Positions 1 through 8,931 of a DNA stretch of 64,000 nucleotides are shown here, in pieces. Positions within the stretch are counted from its first letter, which is position 1, and each line of letters opens with the position of its first letter. Source of the DNA: a candidate division FCPU426 bacterium (lineage in GTDB: Bacteria; Oederibacteriota; Muellerivitia; Muellerivitales; Muellerivitaceae); NCBI GenBank assembly GCA_963796105.1, contig CAWCKJ010000011.1, positions 64,001 through 128,000 on the forward strand, read 5' to 3'. Position numbers and translations under genes: made by a program. Under the pieces are notes generated by a model, which searched no databases, was not told the DNA's origin, and saw only the letters and a program-made list of their open reading frames with translations.

Positions 1-1121
1 CAACCTTCCGGGGATACTTCCCCCAGCGTGGTCGAGAGCACCTTCTCATGGGGCAGGCTGGCGTTTCTCGTCAACACCACCGGCGTGGAAGGGGGCCAGC
101 CCTCCGCCATGAGTTCCGAGACGATTTCCATGAGCCGGGAAGCCGCCATGTAGTAAACCAGGGTTTTTCCCTCGCAGGCCTTTTCCCCCTCCACGGCCCC
201 TCTTCCCGTGCGCAAAACCACCTCGCTGGACACCCCCCTGTGGGTGAGCGAGACCCCCGCCGAGGCCGCGGCCGCGCTGGCCGCCGTGATCCCAGGCACG
301 ATTTCCACCTCGATCCCCTGGCTTGTCAGGTGGGCAAGTTCCTCACCGGCCCGGCCGAATATCGCGGGGTCACCCCCCTTGAGCCGCACGACCTTTTCCC
401 CCGCCAGGGCGGACTTGGCCAGTTCCTCGTTGATGGAATCCTGTTCCTGGGAGTGCTGGTTCTCCCTTTTTCCCACGTAAACCGCCCGGCCCTTGTACTT
501 CCTCAGGATTTCCGGGTTGAGGAGGTCGTCGTAGAAAATCGAGTCGGCTTCCCGCAGGACGCGGTCCGCCTTGAAGGTCAAGAGTTCCGGGTCCCCAGGG
601 CCGTAACCTACTAGAAAGACCTTCCCCGCGACATCTGCTTTTTTGGAAGCTGGAGGAATGGGCTTGGAGGTCTCCGGAAAGGCCCCGCCCTCGGCCAGGC
701 GGCTGATGGCGTTCCGCCAGGCCACGGACCTGCGGGCGTCCGTGGCGTTGGATGTCACGGCCACCGACATGTCGCCTTCCCGGTAAACGGCGGGGGAAAT
801 GAAATCACAGCCCTGGGGATCGTCCGCCACGTTGGCGGGAACTCCCCTGGCCCTGGCCGCCTCCCCGATTGTCCGGTTCACTTCCCGGTCGTCGGTGCAG
901 GCGTAAACCAGGAAAACACCCTCCAGCAAATCCTCCCCGAAAGTCCTCTCCAGGCACTTCACGGGAAAGCGCCGCACCGCTTCCTGGATCTCGGGCGCGA
1001 CCACCAGGATGTCGTCGGCGTAATGGACCAGCGTGGCTAATTTCTGGACCGCGACCTTTCCTCCCCCGACCACCAGGATGCGCTTTCCCTGGACGCCCAG
1101 GCCTATCGGAAGGTAGTTCAT
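1..1121 (-). CDS. cysG: Siroheme synthase (precorrin-2 dehydrogenase/ferrochelatase fused to uroporphyrinogen-III C-methyltransferase); 3' end runs off the window
   Basis: Manually translated (absent from ORF track): [24 protein letters not shown]...[15 protein letters not shown]...[17 protein letters not shown]...[18 protein letters not shown] overlap with the cysN stop. Confidence 0.93.
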   Translation of the reverse strand, partial: MNYLPIGLGVQGKRILVVGGGKVAVQKLATLVHYADDILVVAPEIQEAVRRFPVKCLERTFGEDLLEGVFLVYACTDDREVNRTIGEAARARGVPANVADDPQGCDFISPAVYREGDMSVAVTSNATDARRSVAWRNAISRLAEGGAFPETSKPIPPASKKADVAGKVFLVGYGPGDPELLTFKADRVLREADSIFYDDLLNPEILRKYKGRAVYVGKRENQHSQEQDSINEELAKSALAGEKVVRLKGGDPAIFGRAGEELAHLTSQGIEVEIVPGITAASAAAASAGVSLTHRGVSSEVVLRTGRGAVEGEKACEGKTLVYYMAASRLMEIVSELMAEGWPPSTPVVLTRNASLPHEKVLSTTLGEVSPEG

Positions 1122-2920
1122 ATGACCACGTCCGGGATGACCCAGTCCTGTCCCAGCTTGTTGAGAACCTGTACCGCGGCCTGTTCGGGAGGAACAGCTG
1201 GGTCCAACTCAATGACGTTGGAGGCAACTTCGTTCCTTGAGCCGTTCCCGCCGAGTGAAAGAACCAAAACTCCCCCAGGGGCGCTTAGTTCCGCCAAGAC
1301 TGCCAAGTCGTCCTTGTCCAAATCCGGCAGGGTGCTGATAAAGATGAGACCAGCATCGGTCAAGATCCGCCCCAGTTCTCCCAGCCTGCGCAGTCTCTCC
1401 TCGCCTTTCTCGAAAGCGTCCCACACGTCCGAATCCAAACCCTGTTCCTGGCTGGCTGGCCCCAGGAAATAAGCCTGGTAGCCTTCTTTAAACAACAGCT
1501 TCTCGAGGGAATGCCCCAGGTCCCTGCACTTCTCGTCCGAGGCGCCCGCGATCACGATGAACTTGGAGCGGTGGCGGTTGCGTTCCGCCCTTTGGATGGG
1601 CTTGATGGCGCTGGTTTCCCAGGAGGATTCCCTCTTATTGACGTGCTCCCTGAGTGCCTGCCTTTCCCCCGGAAGGGATTCCAGAAGGATTCCCGCCCCA
1701 GCGATCTCGTACTGGTCCACCAGCACGAACCGACCGGTATGGCGCAGGTCCGATACCAGGTCGAAGGCCACGGGCTTGGCCGTTTCCAGCACCGCTTCCG
1801 CGACGTCGTGCCGGTCCACCTGCTCCTTGGTTTTGACGGTAGTGAGATCGGAAGCGTCCAGGACGTTCAATACCTTGATTAATTGGACGGACACCCTCGC
1901 CGTTCCGATCTTGAGCTTATAGCGTTTCCCCTTGATGAGGGGCGAGCGGCCCAGCCAGAAAAGATTCACACGGAACCGGGAACCCACCTTCGGCTGGGGT
2001 TCGCCCTTCCGGCAAAGGATCTCGCCAGGGCGGATATACAACTCGTCTTGGAGGGTGACCCCCGACGCCTGGCCAGCCACGAATTTTTCCAGGGACTTGG
2101 TGTGGAATGTCTCCAGGGTCGTGACTTTGCTTTCCTTGCCGGAGGGATGGAAAACCACCTCGTCTCCCGCTTTGAGCGAGCCTGTTTCCAGAGTTCCCGC
2201 GAAAATCCGGCGGTCGTCGTTGTTTTCCGTGAACTTGTAGATGTCCTGCACCGGGAAACGAAGGGGCAGGGCTTCCAGCCCCGGCTCCTTCTCGAAAGAA
2301 TCCAGATGGTCCACCAAAGTGGGGCCGTCCCACCAGGAAGCTTTGTTGGCGATGTTCTCCCCTTCCCTGGCGCAAATGGGAACGTAGGCCTTCGGGAAAA
2401 CCCCCAGGGGTCCCAGGAACTCGTTGTATTCCTTGCGCAGGTTCTCGAAAACCTTCAGGTCGTAACCCACCAGGTCCATCTTGTTGACCAGCACCACGAC
2501 CTGGCGGAGTCCCAGCATGGAAAGAAGGTACCCGTGGCGCCTCGTGTTCTCGCGAATGCCTTCCTTTGCGTCGATGACCAAAAGGGCGGCCTCGGCCCGG
2601 GCAGCGCCAGTCACCATGTTCTTGAGGAACTCCACGTGGCCCGGAGCGTCGCTGAGGACGTAGTCGCGCTTTTCCGTCTTGAAGAAACACCGCGCCGTAT
2701 CGATGGTGATGCCCTGGGCCTGCTCATCCTTGAGGGCGTCCAGGAGAAAGGCGTACTCAAAGGGCCTGGCGTTGCTCTTGCACCGGGCCTGGACCTGGGC
2801 GAGCTTTCCCTCCGGCAGGGAGCCGGTATCGGCCAGAAGCCGGCCGATCACGGTGCTCTTGCCGTGGTCCACGTGGCCCACCGCCACGACGCTTAAAAGT
2901 TCCCGGTCCTTATCCGCCAT
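1118..2920 (-). CDS. cysN: Sulfate adenylyltransferase subunit 1 with a degenerate C-terminal APS-kinase-like domain (CysNC-like)
   Basis: [20 protein letters not shown] and NKMD translational-GTPase motifs; next to cysD; likely start MADKDR at 2920. Confidence 0.92.
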   Translation of the reverse strand: MADKDRELLSVVAVGHVDHGKSTVIGRLLADTGSLPEGKLAQVQARCKSNARPFEYAFLLDALKDEQAQGITIDTARCFFKTEKRDYVLSDAPGHVEFLKNMVTGAARAEAALLVIDAKEGIRENTRRHGYLLSMLGLRQVVVLVNKMDLVGYDLKVFENLRKEYNEFLGPLGVFPKAYVPICAREGENIANKASWWDGPTLVDHLDSFEKEPGLEALPLRFPVQDIYKFTENNDDRRIFAGTLETGSLKAGDEVVFHPSGKESKVTTLETFHTKSLEKFVAGQASGVTLQDELYIRPGEILCRKGEPQPKVGSRFRVNLFWLGRSPLIKGKRYKLKIGTARVSVQLIKVLNVLDASDLTTVKTKEQVDRHDVAEAVLETAKPVAFDLVSDLRHTGRFVLVDQYEIAGAGILLESLPGERQALREHVNKRESSWETSAIKPIQRAERNRHRSKFIVIAGASDEKCRDLGHSLEKLLFKEGYQAYFLGPASQEQGLDSDVWDAFEKGEERLRRLGELGRILTDAGLIFISTLPDLDKDDLAVLAELSAPGGVLVLSLGGNGSRNEVASNVIELDPAVPPEQAAVQVLNKLGQDWVIPDVVI

Positions 2921-2989
2921 CTTAACTTGCCTTTCTTTTCCTACTTTTCGATATCCAGCGCCCCATCGCGTGAGCACATCGGAGGTCTC

Positions 2990-3081
2990 AATTTTAAATT
3001 CTAGATTTTAAATTAATGAGGATTTCCGAAAGACGGAAATCAACCTGTAATTTAGAATTCAACATTTAAAATTTAAAATTA
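2990..3081. repeat. AT-rich imperfect inverted repeat of degenerate heptamers around a GATTTCCG/CGGAAATC hairpin
   Basis: aattttaaattctagattttaaatt ... gatttccgaaagacggaaatc ... aatttagaattcaacatttaaaatttaaaatt. Confidence 0.6.
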
Positions 3082-3084
3082 TTG

Positions 3085-3966
3085 TTACATGTATCCTTCT
3101 CTTCTCAGCGTCTCCAATCCCCCGCCGTCTTCCCGATCCTGTTCCCTCCCGCTTCTCTCAGCAATGTTGGAGAATTTCCCCGTCCTCAACTCAGTCAGGA
3201 TATCCGCCACGTTCTTGGCTTTCGATTCCACGGCGCTGGTGCAGGGCCAGCATCCCAGGGAGCGGTATCGCTTCCCATTCCCCTGGTCGAAATAAAGGGG
3301 CACCACCGGGATTTCCTCCCTTTCGATGTACTCCCAAATGTTCAGCTCGGTCCAGTCCAGGAGGGGGTGGATGCGCACGTGGGTTCCCGGGGCGAAATCA
3401 GTCTTGTAATGGTTCCACAACTCGGGGGGCTGGTCCGCGATGTCCCACTCGTTCTCGCGGTCCCGCGGCGAGAAGTACCGCTCCTTCGAGCGGCTCCCCT
3501 CCTCGTCCGCCCTCACCCCCGCGATAACGCCCGTATAGGCCTCCCGGTTGGCGTCCGGCGCGTATTTTTTCAGATTGTGGTCCATCCTCCATCGGGTCCA
3601 TTCCCCGGAAAGGGTATGCTTCAACGCCTCGCTTTTCAGGGACCTACAGCAGGCGAGGCGGTCCACCGCCCCGTCGGGAAAGGTTTTCTTGGCAGCCAGC
3701 GCCTCCCGGTTTTCCCCATAAACCATGTTCAAGCCCCATTCCAGGGCCAGCTTGTCGCGGTACTCGATCATCTCGGGAATCTTGAAATGGGTGTCGATAT
3801 GAACCAGCGGGAAGGGCACGTGCCCGAAGAAGGCCTTCCGGGCAAGCCAGAGCATGACCGTGGAATCCTTCCCGATGGACCAGAGCATGCAGAGGCTCTT
3901 GAACTCGCGGTAGGCTTCCCGGAGGATGTGGACGCTTTTAGATTCCAATCTTTCCAAATGATCCAT
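3085..3966 (-). CDS. cysD: Sulfate adenylyltransferase subunit 2
   Basis: [11 protein letters not shown]-loop, [37 protein letters not shown]. Confidence 0.96.
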   Translation of the reverse strand: MDHLERLESKSVHILREAYREFKSLCMLWSIGKDSTVMLWLARKAFFGHVPFPLVHIDTHFKIPEMIEYRDKLALEWGLNMVYGENREALAAKKTFPDGAVDRLACCRSLKSEALKHTLSGEWTRWRMDHNLKKYAPDANREAYTGVIAGVRADEEGSRSKERYFSPRDRENEWDIADQPPELWNHYKTDFAPGTHVRIHPLLDWTELNIWEYIEREEIPVVPLYFDQGNGKRYRSLGCWPCTSAVESKAKNVADILTELRTGKFSNIAERSGREQDREDGGGLETLRREGYM

Positions 3967-3977
3967 AAAGGTTCAAT

Positions 3978-4188
3978 CACACCTTTCTAAAAATAGTCTC
4001 TAGCCACAGATGTGCCAATCTTCCATAAGGCTTATATGAAGATTGGTACGATACCGACCTCCTTAATTACTTATAGGAAGGTCGGCATGCATGGGATACA
4101 TGGGATTTAAAGCAAAATTTAATCATGTTTATCTTTATTTATCCCCCTGCATCCCCTGAATCTGTGGCAAAAACTTGGTTTTTTTAAT
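3978..4188 (+). repeat. Structured dispersed repeat, family A, copy 1 (short form)
   Basis: Core 4003-4108 identical to 7957-8062 and near-identical to the reverse complement of ~48768-48873; bounded by GCCACAGAT/ATCTGTGGC inverted repeats. Confidence 0.92.
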
Positions 4189-4211
4189 TTAGAGGGTTAT
4201 GTCTTTTCCTC

Positions 4212-4922
4212 TTATCTCAAATGCAGGCCGCATTCCTTTTTTCCGGAATCTTCCCACCACCAGCGCCCGGCCCTGGAATCCTGGTTCGGCGCCACGGCCC
4301 TGGTGCAGGGGGCGCATCCCAGACTCCTGAACCCCTCGTCCTGGAGTTTGCAGTAGGGCACGTTTTTCTCTTTTAAATAGCCCCGGACTTTCTCCTCGGT
4401 CCAATCGTAGAGGGGGGAAATTTTCCAGAGCCCGTTGGCCTTGTCCCACTCAATAGGTTTCACCAAGGAGCGGTCGCCCGACTGTTCCCGCCTCAAGCCG
4501 CAGATCCAGGCGTCCATTCCCGCCAGGGCCTTCCGGAGGGGATTGACTTTCCTCACCCCACAGCAAGCCTTTCGGTTTTCCACGCTCAGGTAAAAAAGAT
4601 TGGGCCCCTTCTCCCGAACTAATTCCGCCAGTTCCACCGGGTCAGGGGCGTAAAGGTCGTAGGCGATCCCGTACTTTTCCGAGGTCTTTTGCATGACATC
4701 GTAAACTTCCGGGAACAAGCGTCCCGTGTCCAGGGTGAAAATCCGAAGTTTGAAGCCATGTCCGAAAATCAGATCGGTCAGGGCCTGGTCCTCCAAGCCG
4801 AAGCTGGTAGCCAGAGCTAGGCGGTCCGCACCGAAATGGGACAGGGCCTTCTCGATGATTTCCGCGGCAGTTTTTCCTTCGAGGTCGGCCAAATTTTCAG
4901 GTATTTTCGGTTCTTCGCTCAT
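4212..4922 (-). CDS. cysH: Adenylylsulfate (APS)/PAPS reductase, 4Fe-4S type
   Basis: TSFGLED, LDTGRLF, CC...SLGCAPCT cluster ligands, RAGRWWWE and C-terminal ECGLH. Confidence 0.95.
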   Translation of the reverse strand: MSEEPKIPENLADLEGKTAAEIIEKALSHFGADRLALATSFGLEDQALTDLIFGHGFKLRIFTLDTGRLFPEVYDVMQKTSEKYGIAYDLYAPDPVELAELVREKGPNLFYLSVENRKACCGVRKVNPLRKALAGMDAWICGLRREQSGDRSLVKPIEWDKANGLWKISPLYDWTEEKVRGYLKEKNVPYCKLQDEGFRSLGCAPCTRAVAPNQDSRAGRWWWEDSGKKECGLHLR

Positions 4923-5060
4923 CCCGCAACCATCCTTTCAATTCCTCTTTAAAGCCACGGGCATTAGAGCTATTAACAAAATTAAAGTAATAATAAAGTG
5001 ATGCGCTTGATCGCACCGTGAGACTTTTTTAAATCTTTTTTTATTATTTTGATTTTCCCA

Positions 5061-5100
5061 CCGTGCCTCTGTGCGCCGTCGAAGACAGCCTGTAGTGAAA
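5061..5100 (-). repeat. TTTCACCACAG..CACAGAGGCAC repeat, family B
   Basis: Reverse complement matches 7772-7811 at 37/40 nt. Confidence 0.8.
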
Positions 5101-5119
5101 GTCTTTTTGTTTAAAGTCC

Positions 5120-5350
5120 TTAGATAGAATAGTCCTCCGGGGGTGGTTTTCTCCCGAATTTCAGGCGGTCCCAGATTCTCTCATGCAAGAAATACCAAAA
5201 AATCTTGGTGAACAATTCCAAAAAACCGATGGAAAAGGCTGTTTTCAGGTGCCGCGTGACGATATACGTGATCACAATGGTATCGATCGTGCCAGTCACC
5301 CTCCAGGAAATGGCTTTGACCAGGCTGCGTATGTGCGTATCTACCGGCAA
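5120..5350 (-). CDS. DUF2061 family small membrane protein
   Basis: RSLVKAISWRVTGT...YFLHERIW motif; RBS GGAGG; typical of cys clusters. Confidence 0.88.
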   Translation of the reverse strand: MPVDTHIRSLVKAISWRVTGTIDTIVITYIVTRHLKTAFSIGFLELFTKIFWYFLHERIWDRLKFGRKPPPEDYSI

Positions 5351-5435
5351 ATCAAGCCTCCCCTGATTTTTTCCCTCCGCAGCATCAGCGAAAAGGAGTA
5401 ACTATCAATCCCCCTTCGCCAAGGCTTCGGGGGAT

Positions 5436-5527
5436 TTATCCACCCCTTTTTTCGAGAAATCCACCGTAGCAGGTAATTCCGTACTCATCCACGGCCAAGG
5501 CCGGGGTTTTCTGCGAAGGTGGATAAA
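5436..5527. repeat. REP-like palindromic element, family C, copy 1
   Basis: ttatccacc...aatccaccgtagcaggt...ccacggccaaggccggggttttctgcgaaggtggataaa; similar to 37507-37593. Confidence 0.75.
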
Positions 5528-5566
5528 ACAAAAAACCCAAGCCGCTGTAAAAGCGGCCTGGGTTTG
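5528..5566 (-). terminator. Intrinsic terminator ending the cys leader
   Basis: Minus strand AACCCAGGCCGC-ttttaca-GCGGCTTGGGTT followed by TTTTGTTTT. Confidence 0.8.
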
Positions 5567-5690
5567 GGGGATGTCCCGTCAACCAAAACCTCTTTAGCTC
5601 CCTGTTCATCCCGTCCCCTTGGTTGCTTCTACAAGGGCGGGAAACGCCGGTGCAATTCGGATACTAAAGCCTCGCGTGTCCTACTTTTCG
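5567..5690 (-). promoter_or_regulatory. Candidate structured 5' leader (attenuator/riboswitch-like) of the cys operon
   Basis: Nested helices CTTTAG/CTAAAG, TCCCG/CGGGA and CCCTTG/CAAGGG, plus a possible antiterminator GGTTTTGG pairing with CCAAACC. Confidence 0.55.
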
Positions 5691-5691
5691 A

Positions 5692-5720
5692 AGAGTAATG
5701 ATCCGCGCACTTAAAGTCAA
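5692..5720 (-). promoter_or_regulatory. Sigma70-type promoter for the cys operon
   Basis: TTGACT-17 nt-TACTCT on the minus strand. Confidence 0.6.
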
Positions 5721-5902
5721 TACCTCGGGGTTATTTTCCAAGCTTGTCAATTCACCTTTCCAGGTTCATGCTATCCCCTTCGTGAAGAGGCCCATACGTG
5801 ACGGGGCTTGATTTCCACTGGAACGCGAAGATAGATTAATCGTAACGTAGGGGCTCAAAGTACAAACTTACCCCCAATTACGAGATGAGGAGGGGGGGAG
5901 CC

Positions 5903-7747
5903 ATGGCCGATCCATTCGATTTCAAACCGAATTTCAACACACCCGAGTCTGACCAAAGCAAAGAGGAAATCAACAAGCGCAATTCCGGCGGAGTGCGCGG
6001 AACCCTCCAGGCCGATTTCGCGGGCCCCAAGCAAGACCTGCCATGGGAATCAGAACAGCTGGCCAAATCCTACGGGGTTTACCTGGAATACAACCGAGCC
6101 CAAACCGGTACTGAGAAGGATTGGATCTACCTGATCCGCCTGTCGGTTCCGGGCGGGGGCCCCCTCAACAGGGACCAGTGGCTTCTCCTCGACGAGCTTT
6201 CCGAAAAATACACAAAGGGACCTGACGGTTTTTCCTCCCTCCGCCTCACGACCCGCCAGAACATCCAGTTCCACTGGGTGAAAAAAGAAAACGTGCCGGA
6301 AATCGTCCGCGCCACAGCCAAATCCGGCTTGTTCTCCCTGAACGGCTGCGGGGACAACGTCCGCAACACCATGTCCTGCCCCCTATCCCACGGCTCGAAA
6401 TTACTTGACGGCTCCCGTTGGGCCCAAATCGCCGCGGACTATTTCAGGCTTCCGGTCCAGCCCTTCATCGAGATCTTCTCCATCGACCCGAAATACGCCC
6501 GCCAGGAAGGCGAGACCTTCCGCTACGGCCCCCAGCTTTTGAACCGGAAATTCAAGATCGCCTTCTCCTCAATATATGAGAACCCGGAAACGGGTAAACT
6601 CACCCAGGACAATTGCGTGGAACTAAGGACCAACGACCTGGGGGTCTCCCCCATCCTGAGGGACGGGAAGGTCCAGTCTTTCCAGGTTTATGTCGGCGGG
6701 GGCCAGGGGGAGCGCAACGGCAAGCCCACCATGAGCGCCCTGGCCCAGCCCTTCGCGGTGGTGCCCGAAAAAAGCCTGCTCGCGGTTTTGGATGCCATCG
6801 TCCAAGTCCACCAGCAGTGGGGCGACAGGCAGAACCGCCATTGGGCCAGGGTGAAATATGTCGTGCGCAAGATGGGAATTCCCTGGTACCGCCAGCAGGT
6901 CGAGGAGCGGACAGGCCTCAAACTAGACCCGCCAGATCCCGGTCACGACTACGGGGCCCGGATGCTCCACCACGGCTGGCATGTCCATCCCTCCAACCGC
7001 CTCCTGGCCTACGGGGCCTTCATCGAGAATGGACGACTCTCCGACGGGGCCAAAAACGGCAGGTTGAAATCCATGGTCAGCCACTTGATGAAAACATTCC
7101 CCATCCAAGTCGCCATCACGCCCAACCAGGACCTTCTTTTCTCAGAAATCCCGATCAACGCGAAAAATGATTTTGAGAAGCAGATGAGCGGGTTTGAATA
7201 TGGGGCCCGTAATGGAACCCCCTATTCCGACCTCCGGAAACTTTCCGGCGCCTGCGTGGGAAGGGATACCTGCCGCTTGACCTACACCGATTCCGAACGC
7301 TTCGAGCCGGAGCTGATGGACCAATTGGAAGACATGGGCTGGGGCGGGATGAAGGAATCCATCGGAATCACGGGCTGCGAGAGACAGTGTTTCCGGCCCG
7401 GAACCAAGACCATCGGGCTGGTGGGAAGCGGCCTGAACCGATACCTGTTCAAGCTCATGGGCACTGAGGATGGGCGCCACCAGGGAGTTCCCCTGACATC
7501 GGAGGATGGGACCCTGACCTACCTGCATTCAGTGCCCCGTGACAAGGTGGCGGTCGTTATCGACGCGTTGTTCCGGTACTACCAGGAAAACAAGGCGGAG
7601 GGTGAAAGCATGGGCTATTTCCACCGGAGAGTGGAAACCTATTCCATCCTGCAATTTCTTCGGGAGGACCCCGCCACGGCGGAATTGATTAAAAGTCCCA
7701 AAAAAGGAACCGCTCCTTTTGATAATCCTGAGGGAGCCGGAAATTAG
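5903..7747 (+). CDS. cysI: Assimilatory sulfite reductase hemoprotein (siroheme/4Fe-4S)
   Basis: LRLTTRQNIQFH, GDNVRN, RKFKIA, ACVGRDTC and ITGCERQC ligands; divergent from the cys operon. Confidence 0.9.
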   Translation: MADPFDFKPNFNTPESDQSKEEINKRNSGGVRGTLQADFAGPKQDLPWESEQLAKSYGVYLEYNRAQTGTEKDWIYLIRLSVPGGGPLNRDQWLLLDELSEKYTKGPDGFSSLRLTTRQNIQFHWVKKENVPEIVRATAKSGLFSLNGCGDNVRNTMSCPLSHGSKLLDGSRWAQIAADYFRLPVQPFIEIFSIDPKYARQEGETFRYGPQLLNRKFKIAFSSIYENPETGKLTQDNCVELRTNDLGVSPILRDGKVQSFQVYVGGGQGERNGKPTMSALAQPFAVVPEKSLLAVLDAIVQVHQQWGDRQNRHWARVKYVVRKMGIPWYRQQVEERTGLKLDPPDPGHDYGARMLHHGWHVHPSNRLLAYGAFIENGRLSDGAKNGRLKSMVSHLMKTFPIQVAITPNQDLLFSEIPINAKNDFEKQMSGFEYGARNGTPYSDLRKLSGACVGRDTCRLTYTDSERFEPELMDQLEDMGWGGMKESIGITGCERQCFRPGTKTIGLVGSGLNRYLFKLMGTEDGRHQGVPLTSEDGTLTYLHSVPRDKVAVVIDALFRYYQENKAEGESMGYFHRRVETYSILQFLREDPATAELIKSPKKGTAPFDNPEGAGN

Positions 7748-7771
7748 ACTTAGGACCACAAACAAAAAAGC

Positions 7772-7812
7772 TTTCACCACAGGCTGTCTTCGACAGCGCA
7801 CAGAGGCACAGG
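7772..7812 (+). repeat. Family B repeat, inverted relative to 5061-5100
   Basis: tttcaccacaggctgtcttcgacagcgcacagaggcacagg. Confidence 0.8.
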
Positions 7813-7932
7813 TATGAAATATTCCATATCCAAAGGGAAGTAAAACATCTCAATGTGTGGTGTGCAGCAAAAGGTTTGACGACAGGATTCTATGTTAAAT
7901 CCATACAGTTCAGGCCTTTTTAATCCCTAAAA

Positions 7933-8280
7933 CACACCCGTCCAAAATAGTTTTTAGCCACAGATGTGCCAATCTTCCATAAGGCTTATATGAAGATTGG
8001 TACGATACCGACCTCCTTAATTACTTATAGGAAGGTCGGCATGCATGGGATACATGGGATTCAACAATCTAGATCGTGTCAATGGTTACACCATTGCGCC
8101 CGATGAGCATCATGGCCCTGCCTGTGGATCGTGGAAAAATTATTTTTTCCATCGGTCGTAGGCTGAGCCATAGGACACGATCGTAAAACTATTTTTCATT
8201 GTTCATTATTGATTTTGTTAATTTGTGTCGATCCCCCTGCATCCCCTGAATCCGTGGCAAAAGACTTGGTTTTGTTTAAT
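7933..8280 (+). repeat. Structured dispersed repeat, family A, copy 2 (long form)
   Basis: Colinear over its whole length with the reverse complement of 48564-48897. Confidence 0.92.
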
Positions 8281-8406
8281 TCGAACGACTTTTGACCCCA
8301 AAAAATGTTTCCATTGACCATATTGATATTTCCAGTCACTAGGCTGTAGGGTGAATGTCCGGCCTGCACCATATTGACCGTTAAATAAGTTAAAAAGGGG
8401 AGAAAG

Positions 8407-8817
8407 ATGAAAAAGATTCTGGCTTTGCTGGCTGTCGTAGGTTGTTTGATGTTTGTTGGTAAAACAGTTTGGGCGGATGGCGCCGCGAATAAGACCGCGG
8501 ACCAAAGCCTGACGGGCGAAGTGGTCTGTATTTCCTGCTACCTGGGCCATGGCGCCACGGGAGAGGCCCACGCTAAGTGCGCCGCGCAATGTTTCAAGAA
8601 GGGTTTGCCAATAGGCCTGAAGGTGGGAGACAAGCTTTACCTGGTGGTAGGCGCTCACCACGGCACCGCCAGCAAGATGATGGCTTCCTTGGCCGGACAA
8701 CAAGTCACCGTCACGGGGCATGTGACCGAGCAGGATGGGATGAGCATGGTCGAGGTCTCAAAGGCAGAGAAGGCCGCGGCTTCGACGGAAGCTCCCGCCA
8801 AAGAACCCGCCCAATAA
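8407..8817 (+). CDS. Exported small Cys/His-rich protein, possibly metal binding
   Basis: Signal peptide; CISC..H..H..C...C motif; GQQVTVTG OB-fold-like tail; RBS present. Confidence 0.75.
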   Translation: MKKILALLAVVGCLMFVGKTVWADGAANKTADQSLTGEVVCISCYLGHGATGEAHAKCAAQCFKKGLPIGLKVGDKLYLVVGAHHGTASKMMASLAGQQVTVTGHVTEQDGMSMVEVSKAEKAAASTEAPAKEPAQ

Positions 8818-8931
8818 TAGGCTGGCTTTCTTAGCAACGGTGATCAAGCTTTAATCAAGATGGGATTTGTCCAATCAATGGACAAAAACCGTTCTCCTTT
8901 AAGCACCAAGATGGGATTTGTCTTTGGTCTT

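Noticed and set aside
4051..4090. IscR/Rrf2 operator in the cys operon
   Set aside because: Half-site spacing is too long and the palindrome is part of the family A repeat found at unrelated loci
5635..5665. Cobalamin riboswitch on the plus strand (GGGAA..CCGGTGCAATTCGG)
   Set aside because: Lacks the following CCCCCGCAACTGT and B12 box; the promoter and terminator lie on the minus strand
5567..5690. Canonical SAM-I riboswitch or T-box
   Set aside because: Motif fragments are in the wrong order or strand, with no kink-turn P2 and no T-box consensus
8527..8550. c-type cytochrome call for 8407-8817
   Set aside because: The motif is CISCY, not CxxCH
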